IMG/VR virus record: IMGVR_UViG_3300032116_000002
Reading direction: 5' to 3' (one strand)
DNA from: a virus
Lineage: Duplodnaviria; Caudoviricetes
Length of the DNA: 64,000 bases
Shown: positions 59,093 to 64,000 of the stretch, piece after piece
How positions within the stretch are numbered: position 1 is the first letter of the stretch
Layout of the letters: each line of letters opens with the position of its first letter
Position numbers and translations under genes: made by a program
The notes under the pieces: model-generated
What the model saw: only the letters and a program-made list of their open reading frames with translations
What the model was told of the DNA's origin: nothing
Databases searched by the model: none

Positions 59093-59665
59093 CACAGGTC
59101 CATTACCATTTTTAAAACCAACAGTACCGCCTTCTTCTACAATACGTTTGATAACTTCTTCAAACAATATAGGGCGATAATCTGTTTGTTCTACACAAAC
59201 ACAATGATATCTTGGGTCGATTTTATATTCACCGAAAATTTCTGCTTTAACTCTCTGATAATGCAGATGTCCATGAATATTAGTACCGAACCTTGCGAGA
59301 CTATCTGTATGAATAGGAATATGACTTAATATCATTCCATTCATTACATGATAGCCACGAATATCTCTAAAGTATTCAGTGTATTCTTCTAATCTAAAAA
59401 TGTCGTGGTTACCCTTAATAAGAACCTTATCTCCATTAAGCCTTGCTAGAGTTTTAAGTGCTTTACGATTAATCACAACATCACCGAGATGGTAAACTTT
59501 ATCGTTTGGACGAACGGTTTCGTTCCAACGTTTTACCATTTCTTCATCCATCTCATCTGGGTCATCCCAGGGTCTGAGTTTAGTTCCATCATCACGAAGG
59601 AACTTACAAACGCCAGCATGACCAAAATGCGTATCAGAAACCAAAAAGTTTGCTGGCATAGTCAC
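59087..59665 (-). CDS. calcineurin-like phosphoesterase
   Basis: SDTHFGH, HLGD, GNHD, SHIP, HGHLH. Confidence 0.9.
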   Translation of the reverse strand: MTMPANFLVSDTHFGHAGVCKFLRDDGTKLRPWDDPDEMDEEMVKRWNETVRPNDKVYHLGDVVINRKALKTLARLNGDKVLIKGNHDIFRLEEYTEYFRDIRGYHVMNGMILSHIPIHTDSLARFGTNIHGHLHYQRVKAEIFGEYKIDPRYHCVCVEQTDYRPILFEEVIKRIVEEGGTVGFKNGNGPVM

Positions 59666-59710
59666 TCCTTAAATAAAAAAATTATAACACAAAAACAATT
59701 TACTGTCAAT

Positions 59711-59787
59711 TGGCACCCCAGGAAGGATTCGAACCTCCGACTCCTGCGTTCGTAGCACAGTACTCTAGTCCACTGAGTTACTGGGGC
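59711..59787 (-). tRNA. tRNA-Arg(ACG)
   Basis: Cloverleaf. Confidence 0.94.
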
Positions 59788-59796
59788 ATATATTGA

Positions 59797-59872
59797 TGGT
59801 GGGGGCTATGGGAATCGAACCCATTTAATCTACTATGTCATAGTAGCGACTAGCCATTCATACCTAGCCCCT
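59797..59872 (-). tRNA. atypical tRNA-Val(GAC)-like gene
   Basis: Perfect T-arm and ACCA, anticodon stem intact; D-stem largely unpaired; A1:C72. Confidence 0.55.
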
Positions 59873-59946
59873 CGCCGACCCGGGGTTTCCCTCCTTGCAG
59901 TCGGTGAAGTATTTATTGCCCAACACCATTAAAAATAAATACAAAA

Positions 59947-60648
59947 ATGCATATACATATATTTGGTCACAGCATTTGTGCCAGAGCAGGTTGGAAACAT
60001 GACAAACCCGAACCTGATCTATTTGTTGATAGATTAATTAAAAAATATAATATACCTAAATCAAACTATCACGCTGTTAATCAAGGCAGTGAAGAAAGAA
60101 TATTATATTTTTTAAAAAAAGTTAAAAAGATTGACTTGGCGATAATCTTCCATGGCACTCCGCAACATTTCTTTTGTCCTGCGTGGTCTAGTGATTTTCA
60201 TTTAGTAGACCAAGACAAATATTGGGAAAATGATTACCCCAGAGATTTGTATTACATGCCTGAAATACTAAAAGATAAACCAAAAGAACCTAATCCTGAT
60301 ATAATATTAGATAAGAAAAATTATCAAAAATCATATGAAAATTTTGTAAAACACTTTTATACACCTGAATTAAATCGCAATAGACACTATGGCGCATTAA
60401 TTCAAATTGATCAATATTTAAATCACAAAAAAATACATGCAATTCATTGTGTACTAAAAAACACATTACCAACTTGGTTCGAGTTTAGTAATGGTATAGT
60501 AGACAATGAACTTGCAGAGTTGCAAAAACAAAACAGTAAGTTCTATACCGGACCTCAAAACAGCGGCAATTTAATCAGTGAAGAAGGTAATATCTACATT
60601 GCTAACAAACTTACTGATTACATAGAACAATTAACTGGCTGGGGATGA
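59947..60648 (+). CDS. hypothetical protein (SGNH-like fold possible)
   Basis: IFGHSIC start, QGSEERI, N..SEEGN end. Confidence 0.65.
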   Translation: MHIHIFGHSICARAGWKHDKPEPDLFVDRLIKKYNIPKSNYHAVNQGSEERILYFLKKVKKIDLAIIFHGTPQHFFCPAWSSDFHLVDQDKYWENDYPRDLYYMPEILKDKPKEPNPDIILDKKNYQKSYENFVKHFYTPELNRNRHYGALIQIDQYLNHKKIHAIHCVLKNTLPTWFEFSNGIVDNELAELQKQNSKFYTGPQNSGNLISEEGNIYIANKLTDYIEQLTGWG

Positions 60649-60711
60649 TGGACTCGAACCACCGAATGTCGGAATCAAAATCCGATGCCTTACCAACTTG
60701 GCGAATCCCCA
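60636..60711 (-). tRNA. tRNA-Gln(UUG)
   Basis: Cloverleaf. Confidence 0.94.
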
Positions 60712-60712
60712 A

Positions 60713-60862
60713 TTAACTTGGTATTACTTTTGGTATATACGGTACATTTCTAGGACCATGTCTTTGCTCAAATAACATACGTGCTTCCTGTAAATCTTTA
60801 GCATAGACACGATCTTTAATATCACCTTGCGGTGTTCTTACTGTAGTTTCATACATTGGCAT
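60713..60862 (-). CDS. 49-aa hypothetical protein (not in ORF track)
   Basis: AAGGAG RBS; MPMYETTVRTPQG... Confidence 0.65.
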   Translation of the reverse strand: MPMYETTVRTPQGDIKDRVYAKDLQEARMLFEQRHGPRNVPYIPKVIPS

Positions 60863-60880
60863 AACAAACTCCTTAGAGGT

Positions 60881-60908
60881 AAGAAAAGGTAGCTAAGCTA
60901 CCCTTTTC
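60881..60908 (-). terminator. intrinsic terminator 3' of pqqA
   Basis: GGTAGC-TTA-GCTACC followed by TTTTCTT. Confidence 0.8.
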
Positions 60909-60932
60909 ATTATGTTGATTGAAAATCACTGA

Positions 60933-61004
60933 TTAGCGATTTGCAATGTACATAGTGATTTCAAAACCAAAACGCATATCAGTTGCACTAGGTGTTGTCC
61001 ACAT
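60933..61004 (-). CDS. pqqA: PQQ cofactor precursor peptide PqqA (23 aa, not in ORF track)
   Basis: MWTTPSATDMRFGFEITMYIANR with E-x3-Y core; AAAGGAG RBS. Confidence 0.93.
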   Translation of the reverse strand: MWTTPSATDMRFGFEITMYIANR

Positions 61005-61024
61005 GTTACTCTCCTTTGAATTTA

Positions 61025-61083
61025 AAATACATGTACTGCACATGTATTTAAGAGATTGTACAACACAAAAATGGTACTGTCTA
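61025..61083 (-). promoter_or_regulatory. pqqA promoter and 5' hairpin
   Basis: TAGACA (61083-78), 17-bp spacer, TACAAT (61060-55); AAATACATGT/ACATGTATTT 10-bp hairpin. Confidence 0.7.
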
Positions 61084-61125
61084 TACGCATAGTATTGAAC
61101 GATAGCTAGTGAAAATCATTAAACT

Positions 61126-61217
61126 TACCATATAGAAACACATTCCTGGATTGTCGTAAAACCCTCCATAGCCCCGAGCGCCATTATTTTTATATTCGAA
61201 TGTGTTTTTATATGGTA
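61126..61217 (-). repeat. 20-bp inverted repeat overlapping tRNA-Lys 3' end
   Basis: TACCATATAGAAACACATTC / GAATGTGTTTTTATATGGTA, one mismatch. Confidence 0.7.
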
Positions 61218-61288
61218 GGGGCACAGAGATTCGAACTCTGGACACACGGATTAAAAGTCCGCTGCTCTACCTACTGAGCTATACCCCC
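61213..61288 (-). tRNA. tRNA-Lys(UUU)
   Basis: Cloverleaf. Confidence 0.95.
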
Positions 61289-61315
61289 ATCATCTTTCGA
61301 GGTTTGTCGCTTTCC

Positions 61316-61483
61316 TTATTCATCTTTATCACCTTTATTTCTCATGCTTCTTGTTTTAGCACTTCTTTCTGAGGATTTGACTGCCTCACGAATGAAATGT
61401 CTTTCACGTTCCTTATTAAAACTAAGGATCGCAATAGCCTTTTCTGCTTTCTTTATTTTTACTGCCTTTGGATCGTAACCCAT
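61316..61483 (-). CDS. 55-aa basic protein (not in ORF track)
   Basis: AGGAG RBS; MGYDPKAVKIKK... Confidence 0.6.
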   Translation of the reverse strand: MGYDPKAVKIKKAEKAIAILSFNKERERHFIREAVKSSERSAKTRSMRNKGDKDE

Positions 61484-61583
61484 ATTAATCTCCTATTTAA
61501 AATTTCTATCAATTAATGCTAACAACCAAATAACTCCGATAATAACTGCCATTGCCCCATTGTAGTTCTCCTTATAGTTATAT

Positions 61584-61667
61584 TGGTGGGGTGTACTGGG
61601 ATCGAACCAGTCATGTCAAAGACGGCGGATTTACAGTCCACTGCATCACCATTGATGCTTCCACCCC
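61584..61667 (-). tRNA. tRNA-Tyr(GUA)
   Basis: Type II cloverleaf. Confidence 0.92.
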
Positions 61668-61668
61668 A

Positions 61669-61875
61669 TTTAATGCTCTGACAGACCTCGGAGGTAATTA
61701 TACCGCATCAAGCACCGAGTAGTCTCAGTACCATCACACACGGCCTCCACCCTCTCCACGACAGGTCCCGTTCTCGCATTGCCAGCGCACTTTCGGTTTA
61801 AAGTGTACCACCCGTAGTTGTCATACTACTTCTCATCGTGCGGGTCACACTATCTGCTGACTAAGCAGAACGTTC
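61669..61875 (-). ncRNA. structured ncRNA C (about 205 nt) filling the tRNA-Asp/tRNA-Tyr spacer
   Basis: GC-rich, at least 5 hairpins; shares a two-hairpin module with RNAs A and B. Confidence 0.65.
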
Positions 61876-61952
61876 TGGCGACACCAAGGGGGTTCGAACC
61901 CCTGACCTCCGCCGTGACAGGGCGGCATTCTAACCAGCTGAACTATGGTGCC
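61876..61952 (-). tRNA. tRNA-Asp(GUC)
   Basis: Cloverleaf. Confidence 0.95.
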
Positions 61953-62103
61953 ATTGTTCTACACTCTGCTACTAACTTACTTTTTACAATTGTTAATCTT
62001 TTATTCCAAACATACTCTGCATCTCTACATTCTTTTTCTGTGGCATACTTTGAGTATTGGGTATAGTTGTCAGGAAACTGTAACCAAAATACTAAAATCC
62101 AAG

Positions 62104-62568
62104 TCATCTCACACCCAAATAATGTTTGTTTACATAGCTTTGTATTGCTTGATGACTTACATTACTGATATGCACGCCTGGAGCAACATTACGCCTACCT
62201 GAACTATCAAAGTAATTTCTTGTTTCTATACCATAGACACCATAGTTAACCTGTGCTGTATGATATGCACCAATTGTAACAATAGAGTAGGGCTTATGTT
62301 TTACGTTTTTTAAAACATGTTTAATGCTTTCTGCACCCTTACTATACCCATATAACTGATACTGTTTATTATTTCTATTAATAAACTTTACTGCTAAATG
62401 TGCTTGATTCCAACTATATGTCATTGCACATGCATTCTGCTTTTTTGCATATTGATTAAAGGCACGACTATCAAATAAATCATTGATACCTTTGAAACCA
62501 ATAACGAACTTGTCACAGGCAAAACTGTTCTGTGTTACAAGTAATAAAATAAAAAATAATGTTCTCAT
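62104..62568 (-). CDS. exported small alpha/beta-hydrolase-like protein
   Basis: Signal peptide; GYSKG nucleophile-elbow motif. Confidence 0.65.
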   Translation of the reverse strand: MRTLFFILLLVTQNSFACDKFVIGFKGINDLFDSRAFNQYAKKQNACAMTYSWNQAHLAVKFINRNNKQYQLYGYSKGAESIKHVLKNVKHKPYSIVTIGAYHTAQVNYGVYGIETRNYFDSSGRRNVAPGVHISNVSHQAIQSYVNKHYLGVR

Positions 62569-62584
62569 ATTAGTTTTGTAGCCT

Positions 62585-63118
62585 ATACTATATGCCTAAC
62601 TCAACAGCTTTACACGTGTTTACTGTTTATTGTTTCGGTTACATAACGCCTGCGCCAGCCTCTGTGCTTACAGGCTACAAAATTAATATGCTTAGGCCAC
62701 GCTTTTCCACGGTCGCCCCCAAGCTGGAGTTGTTGCCCTGTCCGAACACTAAAGGACCTTTGCCGCGTAGTGTCCACGCTGCTATGTTGTCTGAAACACC
62801 GGAGACACCACATCGAAATGCAGAGTCTATGTTTCGCTAAAGGTGCCATAGCCACCTGGACTTTATCGTATTACCAAACGCTACTTTCAGGAAAGTAGTA
62901 ACCGGAATCTTGCTTCTTTGATTCGGCGAGCTGTCCTACTTCAAGCAGGCTCACACTGGTCGCCCTGAGGTGAAGCACCTCAGTTACTCTAGATTAATAT
63001 TAATGCTAACAAGGACAGGCCTATTACATGATACCGAAGGCATTACTGTATCAAACCCTTGCTAAACTCTTTTCAGAGACAGAACGCACATTTTCTGTTT
63101 TGTTTTTAATCTTCATTT
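62585..63118 (-). ncRNA. large structured ncRNA B (about 540 nt), GOLLD/ROOL-class candidate
   Basis: Own early promoter; nested long-range helices and many hairpins; no credible long ORF. Confidence 0.72.
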
Positions 63119-63124
63119 GCCGCT

Positions 63125-63153
63125 AGTATAACAGCAAATCGATTTATTGTCAA
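63125..63153 (-). promoter_or_regulatory. early promoter driving ncRNA B
   Basis: TTGACAATAAATC, 17-bp spacer, TATACT. Confidence 0.85.
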
Positions 63154-63157
63154 ACTT

Positions 63158-63234
63158 TGGTGCCTGCTCTTGGAATCGAACCAAGCACCCCCGCGTTATC
63201 AACACGGTGCTCTAACCGAATGAGCTAAGCAGGC
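63158..63234 (-). tRNA. tRNA-Ile(GAU)
   Basis: Cloverleaf. Confidence 0.95.
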
Positions 63235-63238
63235 AAAC

Positions 63239-63314
63239 TGGCACACCCAACCGGATTCGAACCGGTGTATTCACCGTGAAAGGGTGATGTCCTAGGCCTC
63301 TAGACGATGGGTGC
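63239..63314 (-). tRNA. tRNA-Glu(UUC)
   Basis: Cloverleaf. Confidence 0.95.
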
Positions 63315-63386
63315 GTAAAACTGTTAAAGAACTAAAAATAATTCAGACATTTTATCTCGTTTTGGATTTAATGTCAAGTTGTTGTT

Positions 63387-63462
63387 TGGTGGAGGTGACA
63401 GGGATCGAACCTGCGACCTACGGCTTGCAAAGCCGCCGCTCTCCCAACTGAGCTACACCCCC
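63387..63462 (-). tRNA. tRNA-Ala(UGC)
   Basis: Cloverleaf, G3:U70. Confidence 0.95.
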
Positions 63463-63472
63463 AAATTAAATC

Positions 63473-63549
63473 TGGCCTGACCAGAGGGATTCGAACCCCC
63501 GACTTACTGCTTAGAAGGCAGTTACTCTATCCAACTGAGTTATGGTCAG
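63473..63549 (-). tRNA. tRNA-Arg(UCU)
   Basis: Cloverleaf. Confidence 0.95.
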
Positions 63550-63583
63550 AAAGTAATGATTGTACTATAACTGCGATTATTTG

Positions 63584-64000
63584 TCAAGCCTGAAGAATTG
63601 TATATTTGTCAATTTTCATTTTATCAATTTGTTCCAATATTTTTGTTGCTAAAATTGCATTAGTTTCAGCGGTTAAGTGTATTGGACTTACTCCCCAACG
63701 GTGTCGAGGATCCATATAAACAAATTGATCGTCAAGTTCTACTACTGGTAAATCGCTTCCATGCTTTCTTTTAAAATGCTGAACCATAACATCTAACCAA
63801 CGTAATACATAAGGTCCATTTTTAGGATCATTCATGAATCTGTAGTTGTGATAGAATGGTATGTTTTCTTTTAGATTTATTGTGTACGGAACAATTTTTT
63901 GCTTGCTAATGTAACACTTTGATGCTAGTTTTGTTTTGACTAAAATAATTCTGTCCTGAAACAGTTGTTTCATCTGTACAGCAAAATCAACTAACAACTC
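63584..64000 (-). CDS. hypothetical protein (5'-truncated by window)
   Basis: Open frame to window edge; HRWGVSPIHL. Confidence 0.55.
   Translation of the reverse strand, partial: ELLVDFAVQMKQLFQDRIILVKTKLASKCYISKQKIVPYTINLKENIPFYHNYRFMNDPKNGPYVLRWLDVMVQHFKRKHGSDLPVVELDDQFVYMDPRHRWGVSPIHLTAETNAILATKILEQIDKMKIDKYTILQA

Noticed and set aside
59797-59872. tmRNA, suggested by the GGGGCU start and UUCGAUUCCC..CCACCA end
   Set aside because: No G3:U70, only about 76 nt, no tag reading frame
60600-62100. Complete pqq biosynthetic cluster
   Set aside because: Only pqqA is present; neighbours are tRNAs and tiny unknown ORFs, with no PqqB/C/D/E motifs
61818-62855. ORF-track ORFs 61818-62066, 61945-62202, 62592-62840, 62610-62855
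   Set aside because: No RBS; they overlap tRNA-Asp or the structured RNAs; GC-rich structure explains the open frames
62585-63118. RNase P RNA, suggested by AAAGUCC
   Set aside because: Lacks the GAGGAAAGUCC/ACAGAA..GGCUUA P4 pairing and the other universal RNase P regions
1-64000. Stop-codon reassignment
   Set aside because: Genes are intact in the standard code, all three stops are used, and no suppressor tRNA was found

Overview
A 64-kb AT-rich segment of a large T4-like (jumbo) myophage genome, standard genetic code. The host is inferred to be a betaproteobacterium (Burkholderiales-like), based on the PqqA, RNA polymerase omega and ErpA sequences. 1-20 kb (+): the end of an ATP-dependent DNA ligase, a proteostasis block (ClpX, bS21, Hsp20, ClpS, two ClpP), nucleotide-metabolism genes and many small hypothetical genes. 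20-37.7 kb (+): late/virion genes (Gly-rich/LamG/FN3 protein, probable capsid-internal proteins, lytic transglycosylase, two tail-fibre proteins) plus IF-1, SOD and ErpA. 37.7-47.3 kb (-): small early genes behind a conserved TTGACAATAAATC sigma70 promoter, and a PBP7-like peptidase. 47.5-52 kb (+): a LuxR / collagen-like / Tyr-rich / papain-protease module. 52-64 kb (mostly -): an array of 28 tRNA or tRNA-like genes covering all 20 amino acids, interspersed with parvulin, omega, HNH and DnaK. Two main discoveries are absent from the ORF track. (1) A stand-alone 23-aa PqqA (PQQ cofactor precursor) gene with its own promoter, RBS and terminator. (2) Three structured non-coding RNAs (about 200, 200 and 540 nt) in the tRNA array that share a covarying two-hairpin module; two also share an exact 17-nt motif. 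Family names come from motif recognition, not database searches.
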